A stretch of DNA of 63,889 nt, the filler included, from a bacterium (GTDB lineage: Bacteria; JAMOTN01), in the NCBI GenBank assembly GCA_027062325.1. It is 3 parts of 3 records of this genome, joined end to end, with 100 filler letters (N's around TTAATTAATTAA, not from the genome) between each part and the next. Parts side by side here need not be neighbours in the genome. Positions count along the whole stretch, not along the records: positions 1 to 25,282 come from JAMOTN010000061.1; 2 more parts are not named here. The stretch is one strand, 5' to 3'. A program made the translations under genes and the position numbers. This document shows, in pieces, positions 9,843 to 21,364 of this stretch. Below the pieces are notes generated by a model. That model ran no database searches, had not been told where the DNA came from, and was given only the letters and a program-made list of their open reading frames with translations. The first letter of the stretch is position 1. Each line of letters opens with the position of its first letter.

Positions 9843-9916
9843 CGCCCCTGGGAGGACTCGAACCTCCGACACGTGGATTAGGAATCCACTGCTCTATCCG
9901 CCTGAGCTACAGGGGC
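9843..9916 (-). tRNA. tRNA-Arg (CCT), CCA not encoded
   Basis: GCCCCTG/CAGGGGC stem; GTGGA-TTCCTAA-TCCAC; GTTCGAGTC. Confidence 0.96.
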
Positions 9917-9934
9917 GCGTACTTCTCTAATAAA

Positions 9935-9963
9935 ATCTTACATTAAGTTTTTTGGGGCTTCAA
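9935..9963 (-). promoter_or_regulatory. sigma70-type promoter for tRNA-Arg/fliE/TPR gene
   Basis: TTGAAG-N17-TAAGAT (TG in spacer end), 18 bp upstream of the tRNA. Confidence 0.6.
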
Positions 9964-9973
9964 GGGTAAGTTA

Positions 9974-10019
9974 TTAGAAGCGTATCGGGAAGTAATGCGT
10001 ATGCAAATCTAGCCCTGAA
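9974..10019. repeat. right arm of 46-bp inverted repeat (intergenic copy of the fliE 3' end)
   Basis: TTAGAAGCGTATCGGGAAGTAATGCGTATGCAAATCTAGCCCTGAA, which reads LEAYREVMRMQI* on the + strand. Confidence 0.97.
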
Positions 10020-10056
10020 AAATTTCAAAATGAAATATAAGTGAAATGCGGAACGC

Positions 10057-10095
10057 AAAATAAAACTTTTGAAGAGTGGAAAAAAGTTTTATTTT
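10057..10095. repeat. 14-bp perfect inverted repeat (11-bp spacer) upstream of yifB
   Basis: AAAATAAAACTTTT ... AAAAGTTTTATTTT. Confidence 0.8.
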
Positions 10096-10140
10096 AGGCA
10101 TGAATTTTGCCTTTATCCCCTTAAAGGGGGGGAGGCAATT

Positions 10141-11598
10141 ATGAGAGTGTTAGTAAAAACTTTGATGTTGGAAGGCTTGAAGGTTATTGAAGTTGATGTA
10201 GAAATAGCAGTTGTAAGAAGTGCTATACCAGTACATAATATTGTTGGTTTGGCGTCAAAAGAAGTAAAAGAGAGCTTTGAAAGGATAAGGGCTGCGTTTG
10301 AGAGTGCAGGATTGAAGTTACCTGCCGGTAAGATCACTGTTAACTTATCACCTGCTGATATTGTTAAGAGAGATACAGGTTTTGATCTTGCGATAGCTGT
10401 TGGATTAATGATTGCATTGGGGAGTGTTAGGAGGGAAATTATAAAAGATGGGTTTGTTGTTGGGGAAATTGGATTAGATGGAGAGGTAAAAGCTCCCAGG
10501 GGATTAGTGCTTTTTGCAAAGTATGCTTTGTTACAAGGGAAGACTTTGATATGCCGCCCGATAGGACTTTTAGAATTGTTTAAGGGATTAAATATTCAGC
10601 CTGTTTACAGTATTAATAGCTTAATGGATAAAACTAAGGTTATTGAGATGCCGGGGAGCATTTTAGAGGTGAGTGAGAAGAATAATTTTAATATTGACTA
10701 TGTTTTATTGAATGAGGAAGAGAAATTATTGGTTAAATTACTTGCTGCTTGGGATGTAAATGCACTTTTTATAGGACCACCTGGGAGGGGGAAGAGTTTT
10801 ATAGCAAATTTGATTGCATGGTTGAAGGCTCCTCTTACTTATGAAAAGTATTTAGAAGTGATAGGAATATATGAATATGCTGGTGAGAGAAGGGTTAGTA
10901 GAGAAGTGCCGGTGAGGAGTCCTCATTTTACGCTCTCTTACAGTGCAATGTTTGGTGGCGGAGATGGTATGCAGCCTGGAGAAGTGAGTTTGGCTCATAA
11001 TGGTGTATTAATTATGGATGAATTTCCTGAGTTTCCAAGAAGGATTGTTGAAGGATTGAGGCAGCCCCTTGTGGAGGGAAAAGTTCTTGTATCAAGAGCT
11101 TCGAAAAAAGTTGAGTTTCCAGCGAAGTTTCAATTGTTGGCAACTATGAATCCATGTCCGTGTGGTGAATTTGGATATGGATTTTGCAGTTGCAGTTTTA
11201 GAGAGGTGAGAGGTTATTTGAATAGAGTGTCGCGTGCTGTTTTGGATAGAATTCCTGTGGTGTACAATGTAGAAGGGAGGGGGAGAAAGGTTGTTAAAGT
11301 TAGTGACTTTAAAAATGAGGTGGAAGAATTAGCTAAGATTGAAGTACCGGCGTCTATGGAAATATTGAAGAGAAAGTTGAATTTAAAGGATCTACAGTTC
11401 CTTTATGAGTTGTTTGAAAAAAGAGGGATAAGTTTAAGAAAGGCTGTGCAGTATTTCAGGGTAATCTATATGTTGAGAGTTTTAAGAACAGAAGATGAGT
11501 TAATAAAAAGTTTGTTTTTAGAGCATTTTGATTACGTGGATAGATTAAGGTTAATGATGAGAAAAAAAGGGGGGAAAAGAATTGCGTTGTTGGAGTAA
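10141..11598 (+). CDS. YifB/ComM Mg-chelatase-like AAA+ ATPase
   Basis: ITVNLSPAD, GEIGLDG, GPPGRGKS, PGEVSLAHNGVL.MDEFPEF, MNPCPCG; start at MRVLV after GGAGG. Confidence 0.92.
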   Translation: MRVLVKTLMLEGLKVIEVDVEIAVVRSAIPVHNIVGLASKEVKESFERIRAAFESAGLKLPAGKITVNLSPADIVKRDTGFDLAIAVGLMIALGSVRREIIKDGFVVGEIGLDGEVKAPRGLVLFAKYALLQGKTLICRPIGLLELFKGLNIQPVYSINSLMDKTKVIEMPGSILEVSEKNNFNIDYVLLNEEEKLLVKLLAAWDVNALFIGPPGRGKSFIANLIAWLKAPLTYEKYLEVIGIYEYAGERRVSREVPVRSPHFTLSYSAMFGGGDGMQPGEVSLAHNGVLIMDEFPEFPRRIVEGLRQPLVEGKVLVSRASKKVEFPAKFQLLATMNPCPCGEFGYGFCSCSFREVRGYLNRVSRAVLDRIPVVYNVEGRGRKVVKVSDFKNEVEELAKIEVPASMEILKRKLNLKDLQFLYELFEKRGISLRKAVQYFRVIYMLRVLRTEDELIKSLFLEHFDYVDRLRLMMRKKGGKRIALLE

Positions 11599-12022
11599 GC
11601 ACTGTTACGTTTGTGGGGAGGATAATGAGTATGGGTTGCGCCTGAAGTTTTGCTTTAATTCCGGGGTTGCGTTTACTCATGGAAAATTCAGAAAGGAGTG
11701 GGAAGGGTTTCCTGGAGTTGTTCATGGTGGAGTAGTTGCTGCTGTGTTAGATGAAGTTATGTGGTATGCGGCGCTTTCGAATTTTAAAGAGTACAACTTC
11801 TTCACTTATGAGTTGAATGTTATGTACAAGAGAAGTTCTGCTGCTGGTTCTTTTGAAGCTTTCGCTAAAGTGATTGAGGCCTCTAAAAGAAAATGTGTGG
11901 TTGAGGCCAAACTTTATCAAAATGGTCAGCTTAAAGCTCAAGGGAGAGGAGTTTATTTGAAGACTTTGAGAAAAGTTAATTTGGATAGAGAGATGAAGTG
12001 TATTGAAAGTGAGGAGGGGTAG
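11582..12022 (+). CDS. PaaI family hotdog thioesterase
   Basis: CYVCGEDN..GL.L.F, EGFPGVVHGG...VLDE. Confidence 0.88.
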   Translation: MRCWSKHCYVCGEDNEYGLRLKFCFNSGVAFTHGKFRKEWEGFPGVVHGGVVAAVLDEVMWYAALSNFKEYNFFTYELNVMYKRSSAAGSFEAFAKVIEASKRKCVVEAKLYQNGQLKAQGRGVYLKTLRKVNLDREMKCIESEEG

Positions 12023-12024
12023 AT

Positions 12025-13317
12025 GTGGATAATGAGAGGGCTTTTGTAGATGAAGTTGTAATAAAGGTTAAAGCAGGAGATGGTGGAGATGGTGTTATAA
12101 GTTTTAGAAGGGAGAAATTTGTTCCCAAAGGTGGACCTGATGGTGGAGATGGTGGAAAGGGAGGAGATGTTATTTTAGTTGGAAGTTCTGAGATAAATAC
12201 TTTAGTGGATCTTTATTTTCAAAAGGAGTACAGAGCTGGAAGAGGAGAGCATGGTAAGGGAAAAAATATGAAGGGAAAGGATGGAGAAGATATTGAGATA
12301 AAAGTTCCGTTAGGAACAGTAGTTTATGATGATGAGACCGGTGAATTGATTGCTGAGATTTTACAGGAAGGGCAAAAAGTGGTTGTGGCTCGTGGTGGAA
12401 AAGGAGGAAGGGGAAATGCTAGGTTTAAGAGTGCAAAACATCAGGCACCACGTATAGCAGAGTATGGGGAAAAAGGGGAGGAAAAGATATTAAGGTTGGA
12501 ACTAAAGTTGCTAGCGGATGTTGGATTGATAGGATTGCCTAGTGTAGGTAAGTCCTCTATTTTGAGAAAAGTGAGTGCTGCAAAACCTAAAGTTGCTCCC
12601 TGGCCTTTTACTACGAAGAGGCCAATATTGGGAATGGTTAAGCTTGGAGATTTTTCTTATATAGTTGCTGATATACCAGGGATAATAGAAGGTGCGAGTG
12701 CTGGAAAGGGGAAGGGGATTGATTTTTTGAAGCATATTCAGCGTTGTGCTGTTTGGGTTTATGTTTTAGGATATGAGTATTTTGAAGGAAGTCTTGTGGA
12801 TGAGTATGAGACTTTAAAAAGGGAGGTTGAAAGTTTCAAGGAGCGTTTTGATATTGACAGACCTAGAAATGAGTTAATAGTGGTTAATAAGATTGACCTT
12901 CCTGATGTTGAAGAAAAGTTTGAAAGAGAGAAGGGAATGTTGAAGAAAATGGGGGAAGTTATAGCGATTAGTGCTTTAAATGGTGATAATATTGAGTTTT
13001 TAAAAAGGAGATTAGCAGAGCATGTGAAAAGTGTTAAAGAAAGAAGGGAATTTAAGGAAAAGTCAATTGTGGTTATGCAATTAAAACCTGTGGATAGGAG
13101 ATGGAAGATATACAGAAATGAAAATTTAATTGTTATTGAAGGAGAAGATGTAGAGACTCTGGTTGATAGAACGGTATTCAATACTCAAGATTCGCTTGAT
13201 AGGTTTAAAGAGATATTGAAAAGGTGGGGAATTATTGATGAGTTAATTAAGATGGGGGTAAAGGAAGGAGATACTATTGTAATTGGAGGTATGGAGTTTG
13301 AGTGGACGGGGATGTGA
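12025..13317 (+). CDS. obgE: GTPase ObgE with C-terminal OCT domain
   Basis: FVDEV.I.VKAGDGGDG, GLPSVGKSS, DIPG, NKID; C-terminal GVKEGDTIVIG. Confidence 0.97.
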   Translation: MDNERAFVDEVVIKVKAGDGGDGVISFRREKFVPKGGPDGGDGGKGGDVILVGSSEINTLVDLYFQKEYRAGRGEHGKGKNMKGKDGEDIEIKVPLGTVVYDDETGELIAEILQEGQKVVVARGGKGGRGNARFKSAKHQAPRIAEYGEKGEEKILRLELKLLADVGLIGLPSVGKSSILRKVSAAKPKVAPWPFTTKRPILGMVKLGDFSYIVADIPGIIEGASAGKGKGIDFLKHIQRCAVWVYVLGYEYFEGSLVDEYETLKREVESFKERFDIDRPRNELIVVNKIDLPDVEEKFEREKGMLKKMGEVIAISALNGDNIEFLKRRLAEHVKSVKERREFKEKSIVVMQLKPVDRRWKIYRNENLIVIEGEDVETLVDRTVFNTQDSLDRFKEILKRWGIIDELIKMGVKEGDTIVIGGMEFEWTGM

Positions 13318-13323
13318 TAAATT

Positions 13324-13843
13324 TTGGAGAAAGTAGCAAAGGAGATATTTTATGAGATTAAAAGAAAGTTAAAATGTTTGGATAGAAATAGACTGATTCA
13401 TACGTATGGTGTTTTATGGGCAGCTCTGAATCTTGCTGAAAAATATAAGCAAAATTTAAATGAAGTGTTTTTAGTAGCAGTTTTACATGATTTGTTGAGA
13501 GAGGAAGCAAGAAAAAAAGGAGATATTTTGAAACATGGAGAGTATGCTGCAAGGTGGTTTAATAATTTAGTAAATAAAAAAGGGGTAGTTGAAAAAGTAT
13601 TGAAAAGCTGGGGAATTAAGGTGGATGAGGTTTGTGAGGCTGTATCGTGTCATGTATTGGGGGAAGGATGCAATTTTATAGGAAAAATATTGTTCATTGC
13701 AGATTATTCAGAGCCAATGAGAAAACACAAGGAAGCTTATATAGTGTGGCGGATAGCTTTAAAAAATATTGATGAAGCTTTTTTAAAGAGCAAGGTTTTG
13801 AAAAGAGTATACTTTGAGTCGCGCAGTAGATTGCAAAGACTGA

Positions 13844-13854
<11 letters not shown>
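13324..13854 (+). CDS. YqeK-like HD-domain hydrolase
   Basis: RLIHTYGV, LHD, HG, FIADYSEP; obg-yqeK-LCP gene order. Confidence 0.8.
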
Positions 13855-16073
<2,219 letters not shown>

Positions 16074-16116
16074 TTTGAAAGCAAGAGTTTAAAGTTCAAG
16101 TGATAGGTGATGAAAA

Positions 16117-16794
16117 GTGTTTGGAGGTTTGGAAAATATAAAAAAGATGCCTAGGAAAAGGGCTGTGGTTCTTTTATCTGGAGGACTTGATTCTACGGCC
16201 TCTTTTTTGTGGGCTTTAAAAGAGTTTGATGAAATAAAAGTTGTATTTTTTGATTATTCTCAAATTGCTTATGAAGCGGAGAAAAGAAGTGTTTATAGAA
16301 TTGCCCAAAAATACAAGATTGAAGTTTTCGAGGATAAAGTAGATGTTTTGAAAAAAATTGCTCATCCTCTTAAAGATGAGAATGCGATAAAAGCTAGAAA
16401 AAGTATGTGGGTTCCAGCAAGAAATGTGGTTTTTCTATCACATGCAATAGCTTTTGCTGAGTTTTATGGATTTAATGCAGTGGTAATAGGATTTAATGCT
16501 GATGAAGGTGCTGATTTTCCGGATAATACGTTGGAATTTCTTGATGCTTTTAATGAGCTTTTAAAAATGACTTCTCCTGTAAGAGTAGTTTCGCCTTTTG
16601 TGCAAAAGAGTAAGGCCGAGATAGTTAAATATATTTACAATTATGATAGAGAGTTACTTTACCTTGTACATCCTTGCTATCTCAATGAAAAACTTAATTG
16701 TGGGAGGTGTGAGAGTTGTTTGAGATTCAAAAAGGCCCTGGAGAGCTTGAAAGAATTGAAGCTGGATTATACACGAATTTTCTTGGAGAATTGA
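16117..16794 (+). CDS. queC: 7-cyano-7-deazaguanine synthase
   Basis: LLSGGLDS, WVPARN, FPDN, CY..CGRCESC; start may be 16147. Confidence 0.92.
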   Translation: MFGGLENIKKMPRKRAVVLLSGGLDSTASFLWALKEFDEIKVVFFDYSQIAYEAEKRSVYRIAQKYKIEVFEDKVDVLKKIAHPLKDENAIKARKSMWVPARNVVFLSHAIAFAEFYGFNAVVIGFNADEGADFPDNTLEFLDAFNELLKMTSPVRVVSPFVQKSKAEIVKYIYNYDRELLYLVHPCYLNEKLNCGRCESCLRFKKALESLKELKLDYTRIFLEN

Positions 16795-17303
16795 ATTATA
16801 CGGGGGCTGAGCTTAGAAGTGGTTGGGTGTTTAGTATGGCTCCTAAAGCTGTGGGGTATGATTGGTTAGTTGCTTTTGTGGGGGAAGCAAAGGTTGAGGA
16901 TCAATTAGTAGATTTTGAAGATAGAGTAGCGGGGGATAAAATATACTCCCCAAGAATGTGGCAGTTGCTGGGAGAATTTTACCGCATGGATCTTTTGCAT
17001 GGAGTTTTGTTGCAGCGTCTGATAGTGGTGCAAGTAGCAGAGATTTTAAAAGATTTACTAGATGTGGATGTTTCTAGAGGTGGAGATGATTTATACATTG
17101 ATGGTAAAAAGTTATCGGTTAGTATAGCGACGCGGACTAGTGGTTCTGTCTTAATACATTTTGGTTTTAACATAGTTGAGGTAGATAAATGGGGATGGAT
17201 AAAGTTAAAAGATGTTAATGGATTTTCTAAGTGCTTTTTTGATAAATTCATTGGTGAATGGAAGAGTATAAATAGAGCTTACAGAAAGGTTGCTTGGAGG
17301 TGA
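16716..17303 (+). CDS. DUF366 family protein
   Basis: YTGAEL, LVDFED, QRL, GDDLY..GKKLSVSIAT, IHFGFNI; start uncertain, overlaps queC. Confidence 0.8.
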   Translation: MFEIQKGPGELERIEAGLYTNFLGELNYTGAELRSGWVFSMAPKAVGYDWLVAFVGEAKVEDQLVDFEDRVAGDKIYSPRMWQLLGEFYRMDLLHGVLLQRLIVVQVAEILKDLLDVDVSRGGDDLYIDGKKLSVSIATRTSGSVLIHFGFNIVEVDKWGWIKLKDVNGFSKCFFDKFIGEWKSINRAYRKVAWR

Positions 17304-18820
17304 AGATATTGCTTAGAAGAGATAAGTTTGTGTTTATCTTGTTGTTATGTTTATTAGTTGGAAATTGGGTGGGAGTGAATCCATTAGCGGCCGATTTTCT
17401 CACTGCTTCTTTAAGGGAGCTTCTTCCGTTCCCAAATGTTGGTACAGGTGAGGTTTGTGGGAATTGCAAGGAATTAAAGATGCATTATCCTGCTTGTATA
17501 TGGATAAGTAAGTTCGGAGATATTTATATAACGGATTCCAAAAACGATAGGGTACTGCTTTTGAAAGAGATAGATGGTAAATACACGCTTGTTGAAGAGT
17601 ATAAGTTTTCTCCTATGAGGGAGCCAGTGGGTATATGGGCATATTCGAATAAAATAGTTGTAGCTTCTAAACGAGGAAATAAAGTTGTAGTTTTTACCCA
17701 AGGAGGTAAATTGTTGGGCCAGTGTAAATTTAAGAGAAAAATTAAAAGGCCACGTGGAGTTGTTTATTACAAAGGAAGATTTTACGTTGCTGATACCCCC
17801 TCTAATCGTGTTTGGATTTTGGATGAAGACTTTAATTTGATAGGAGCCCTGCAGAAAGATGTGTATGGACCTAGAGGAGTGGCTGTTAAAAATAATGTTG
17901 TGTACGTAGCAAACAGTTTGAATTCAACGATTACGGGTTACAGTGTTGAGACAGGGGCTAAAGTTTTTTCATATAAGATTAAAGGTGCGAAAAATATACG
18001 CTATTTGGCATTTGATAAAATAGGAAGGATTTACGTTACTGATCAGAATGGAAAGAGGGGAGAAAATGGAATTCTGTGGTGTATTGATCCTGTGTTGGGA
18101 AAAAATGTTAAGTTAGCTGAGGGACTTAGGAGGCCTGAGGGAATATTTATAACTAACGATACCAGAATATTTGTGGTGGAAGGAGATGCGGATACTTTTA
18201 GAATGTTTAGGACAGACTCTTCCTATCAACAGGTGTGTTGGGCTGCTAGTTATTTAAATGTTGGTATGTACGATGAATTTTTGGAAAGTTTGAAAAATGC
18301 CTATGAGGACTCACAGTATAAGAAGTTTTGTGAAAAAGTGATTTTGCAATTAAAGGGAAATATTGGTGAAAAAGTTATAGCAAAGTATTTTCCAGAATTT
18401 GTTTCTTCGCAGTCGGGAAAGGGGAACTTCCAAATTGCTAGTAAGGATTTGGAAACAAAAGGTGAAAATAAAGATAAGAATTTGGTAAAGCAGACGGGAA
18501 AGAGGTTGGTGGAAAATATTGTGTCTAAATCTAAGGATAGTGCTGAGGTCCAAAATTCAAGTAAAAGTTCGAATATGGATAAGAAAAGTATTGCTGAGAG
18601 TAAGGATACTTCTATGGCGAGAAAAGATGGTTCTCATAAGAGTAAGGGAGATTCTACTTCAGAAATTAGTGAAGCAAAGGAAAAATCAAAGGGACAAATT
18701 AGTGTGGCTGCTATTATAACTGTAATTGGGGTGCTATTTGCAATAGGATTGATTTTGCTTATATTTTTGAAGAAAAAAGGGGTGAGAATGCGTGGAGGAA
18801 AGTGGGATAAATATAAGTAA
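17294..18820 (+). CDS. membrane-anchored NHL-repeat beta-propeller protein
   Basis: Repeated P.GV/I...YVAD...RV units; Ser/Lys-rich linker; C-terminal TM plus basic tail. Confidence 0.85.
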   Translation: MEVKILLRRDKFVFILLLCLLVGNWVGVNPLAADFLTASLRELLPFPNVGTGEVCGNCKELKMHYPACIWISKFGDIYITDSKNDRVLLLKEIDGKYTLVEEYKFSPMREPVGIWAYSNKIVVASKRGNKVVVFTQGGKLLGQCKFKRKIKRPRGVVYYKGRFYVADTPSNRVWILDEDFNLIGALQKDVYGPRGVAVKNNVVYVANSLNSTITGYSVETGAKVFSYKIKGAKNIRYLAFDKIGRIYVTDQNGKRGENGILWCIDPVLGKNVKLAEGLRRPEGIFITNDTRIFVVEGDADTFRMFRTDSSYQQVCWAASYLNVGMYDEFLESLKNAYEDSQYKKFCEKVILQLKGNIGEKVIAKYFPEFVSSQSGKGNFQIASKDLETKGENKDKNLVKQTGKRLVENIVSKSKDSAEVQNSSKSSNMDKKSIAESKDTSMARKDGSHKSKGDSTSEISEAKEKSKGQISVAAIITVIGVLFAIGLILLIFLKKKGVRMRGGKWDKYK

Positions 18821-19352
18821 TGACACTCCTGATGATGGGGTAATAAAGACAAGGACAGCTTCTCCAGAAGCTCTGGGAAAGATAGAGATAACGTGTGTTA
18901 TGGACATACCGAGTAAAGTTGAATACATAGATATAGTGCGTGATAGAATCGTGCAAGCCATTAATAATGTGTTTGATACTTTTTCAGCCGACATTCCGGT
19001 GGAAGGGGGATTTGTAGGAAGTTTTTCTTTTGGTTATGGAACACTGCTTGCTGTTGATGAAGCTTTGCAGAATGCGATAATTCATGGTAACAAAGAGGAT
19101 CCCTCTAAGAAGGTCCAGATAATTTACTACCTTTGCCCTGATTATTTAGAGATAACTATTAGAGATGAAGGGGAAGGGTTTGATTGGAGAGCAGTTGTGG
19201 AGGAGTATAATTTGTTGAAAGATTCTAAAGATCCAGATGTTTTTATGAAGTTCAGTAGAGGTTTATTTTTGATTTTAAAAACGATGGATGAGGTCACGTT
19301 TAATGATCAGGGTAATGAGATTACGATATTAAAATATAGAAAGCAGGAGTGA
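18792..19352 (+). CDS. anti-sigma factor kinase, RsbW-like (HATPase_c_2)
   Basis: EALQNAIIHGN, IRDEGEGF, RGLFLI, GNEITI. Confidence 0.9.
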   Translation: MEESGINISNDTPDDGVIKTRTASPEALGKIEITCVMDIPSKVEYIDIVRDRIVQAINNVFDTFSADIPVEGGFVGSFSFGYGTLLAVDEALQNAIIHGNKEDPSKKVQIIYYLCPDYLEITIRDEGEGFDWRAVVEEYNLLKDSKDPDVFMKFSRGLFLILKTMDEVTFNDQGNEITILKYRKQE

Positions 19353-19419
19353 AGTTTTGGGAGTTCAATATTAGAAGGAAAGTTTTAAAATTTGTATTAA
19401 TAAAATAGGGGTGATTTGA

Positions 19420-19764
19420 ATGAGTTTGGATATTACTAAAGAAGTGAAGGATGGAGTTTTAGTAATAACGCTTAAGGGAAGAGCAGCTCATAGTGCTAAT
19501 CAAGAGTTGAATGCTGTATTGAATGATATAAAAATGACAGATGCGACTGGAGTGGTTTTTTACATGAAGGAATTGAGTTATTTGAACAGTATGGCAATAG
19601 GAAGTATTATTGAAGCTTTTAAATTGTGCACGGCGTTGGGGAAAAAGTTTTGTTTGGCTTCTTTGAGGCCTGAAATTGAGGAGTTGTTTAGATTAACAGG
19701 ATTGCTAAGTGTTATTCCAGTTGCTTCAACGTTGGAAGAAGCTTTGTCTAAAGTGAGTGCTTAA
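19420..19764 (+). CDS. STAS-domain anti-sigma factor antagonist
   Basis: YLNSMAIG phosphorylation loop; LFRLTGL; adjacent to the RsbW-like gene. Confidence 0.9.
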   Translation: MSLDITKEVKDGVLVITLKGRAAHSANQELNAVLNDIKMTDATGVVFYMKELSYLNSMAIGSIIEAFKLCTALGKKFCLASLRPEIEELFRLTGLLSVIPVASTLEEALSKVSA

Positions 19765-19862
19765 GGTTTGGATAATCTGTTATGAGGCTGTAGTGCCTTT
19801 GGGAGCTTTGGAAAAAATGATTTAAAATTTTCATTATTGGATTGAATAATAGGATTTAGTTT

Positions 19863-21266
19863 ATGAGATTGGGAGCACGTCTAGGTTTTTTTGTAGGGGT
19901 TTTGATTTCGCGAATTCTTGGTTATTTGAGAGATCTCCTTCTTGCCAGCTATTTCGGAGCTTCAAGCTTTACAGATTTAGTGGTCAATCTTGTTTTTAGA
20001 GTTCCCAATTTTTTAAGAAAATTTTTAGCAGAGGCGACTTTGCTGCCTTCTGTTGTTGCTTTGTTGAAAAAAATTTCGAAGATAAATAATTCTGCTTCTA
20101 AAAAGTTGGGAAAAAAGGTTTCTGATAGTGCTCCCGTTCATTCAAATGTTTGGGCTGTGCTGTGGGGAATTTTTTATCACACTCTTGTGTTGCTGTTGTT
20201 GGTTGAAGTTGTGGTTTTTATCTTTCCAAAAGTTCTGTTTTATGTTTTCTTTTTTAAAAGTCCTGAGAATTGGAGGGATTTTGAGTTCATAAAATATGCC
20301 CCTATTTCTTTTGCTTATGCTTTATTTATTATTACAAGCTGTGTCTGGTGGGCTAAGTTGGTATTGGATGGAAATACCTTTCCAATGGTGTTTAATCAAG
20401 CACTGTTTAACCTTGTTATGATAGGGGCTGTATTTAGTGCTGATTTTCACATTGTTATATGGGCAGCTCTCGTAGGGGGGGCGTTGCAGCTTGGGTATAC
20501 CCTTTACTCCCTTAAAAAAAGTGGCTTGAGTTTCTATACTCCAAGTGTAGAACTTTTGAGAAAAACGTGGAAATACTGGGTAGAAGTTGTGAATAAAATG
20601 TTTTTTGCAGCGGCTTCTGTTGGGGTTTGGCAGATAGCAAGTCTTGTGGATTCGGCTATAAGTTGGAGGTTGACTTCTGGTAGTCCAACGATGCTTTACT
20701 TGGCTCAGCGTTTGGTTCAGGCACCAATTGGTCTTGTGGGATATGCAATATCCACCGCAGATATGAGTGAAGAGAGTGAATCTAAGGGTAGCAGTGAAGT
20801 TAAAGTAGGTGTTGCTCAAGGTATGAACTTTATGTTAAGGAGAGATTTTTGGTTGCTGATTTTTTTATCAATGGCTACAGCTCTTCTTTCTAGGCATTTA
20901 GTGAGTGTTCTGTTTTTTTCGTTAGATGAAGCAGTGAAGTCAACTACAGCTACTGTTTTGTTGGCTTACTCACCAATTGTGCTACTGCAGCCAGTATCCA
21001 GGATGATTACCCAACGCTTGTTGTTTCTGGAGAGGGAAAAAGATCTAATATTTTACGCTGTTGTGGCTTCTGGTATCAATATAGTACTGGATATTGTTTT
21101 AGCTGAATTTTTAGGGGTTGCTGGTATAGCTTTGGCAAGTTCGGTAGCTTTATTTATTGGTTTGTTGGTGTTGAGAATAGTAAGAGGTTACAGTGTATTG
21201 TCGTTTTCGCAGTGGGCTTTAGTAACAGTATGGATGGGAGTTGTGGTGTTTAGCGTGGTAAAATAG
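19863..21266 (+). CDS. murJ: lipid II flippase MurJ (divergent)
   Basis: SRILGYLRD, FRVPNFLR..LAE, LYLAQRLVQAPIG, GIALASS. Confidence 0.88.
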   Translation: MRLGARLGFFVGVLISRILGYLRDLLLASYFGASSFTDLVVNLVFRVPNFLRKFLAEATLLPSVVALLKKISKINNSASKKLGKKVSDSAPVHSNVWAVLWGIFYHTLVLLLLVEVVVFIFPKVLFYVFFFKSPENWRDFEFIKYAPISFAYALFIITSCVWWAKLVLDGNTFPMVFNQALFNLVMIGAVFSADFHIVIWAALVGGALQLGYTLYSLKKSGLSFYTPSVELLRKTWKYWVEVVNKMFFAAASVGVWQIASLVDSAISWRLTSGSPTMLYLAQRLVQAPIGLVGYAISTADMSEESESKGSSEVKVGVAQGMNFMLRRDFWLLIFLSMATALLSRHLVSVLFFSLDEAVKSTTATVLLAYSPIVLLQPVSRMITQRLLFLEREKDLIFYAVVASGINIVLDIVLAEFLGVAGIALASSVALFIGLLVLRIVRGYSVLSFSQWALVTVWMGVVVFSVVK

Positions 21267-21364
21267 AGTTGCTGATTTTTGTTGATCATGGTAAGGTTGG
21301 ATTTTTTAGTTTTGATTGCATGCTGGATACTTAGATATTGTTTGGAAGGGGTGTTGGGTTTATC

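Noticed and set aside
9789-9872. N-terminal extension of FliE in the ORF track
   Set aside because: It overlaps tRNA-Arg(CCT); the SD supports the ATG at 9788.
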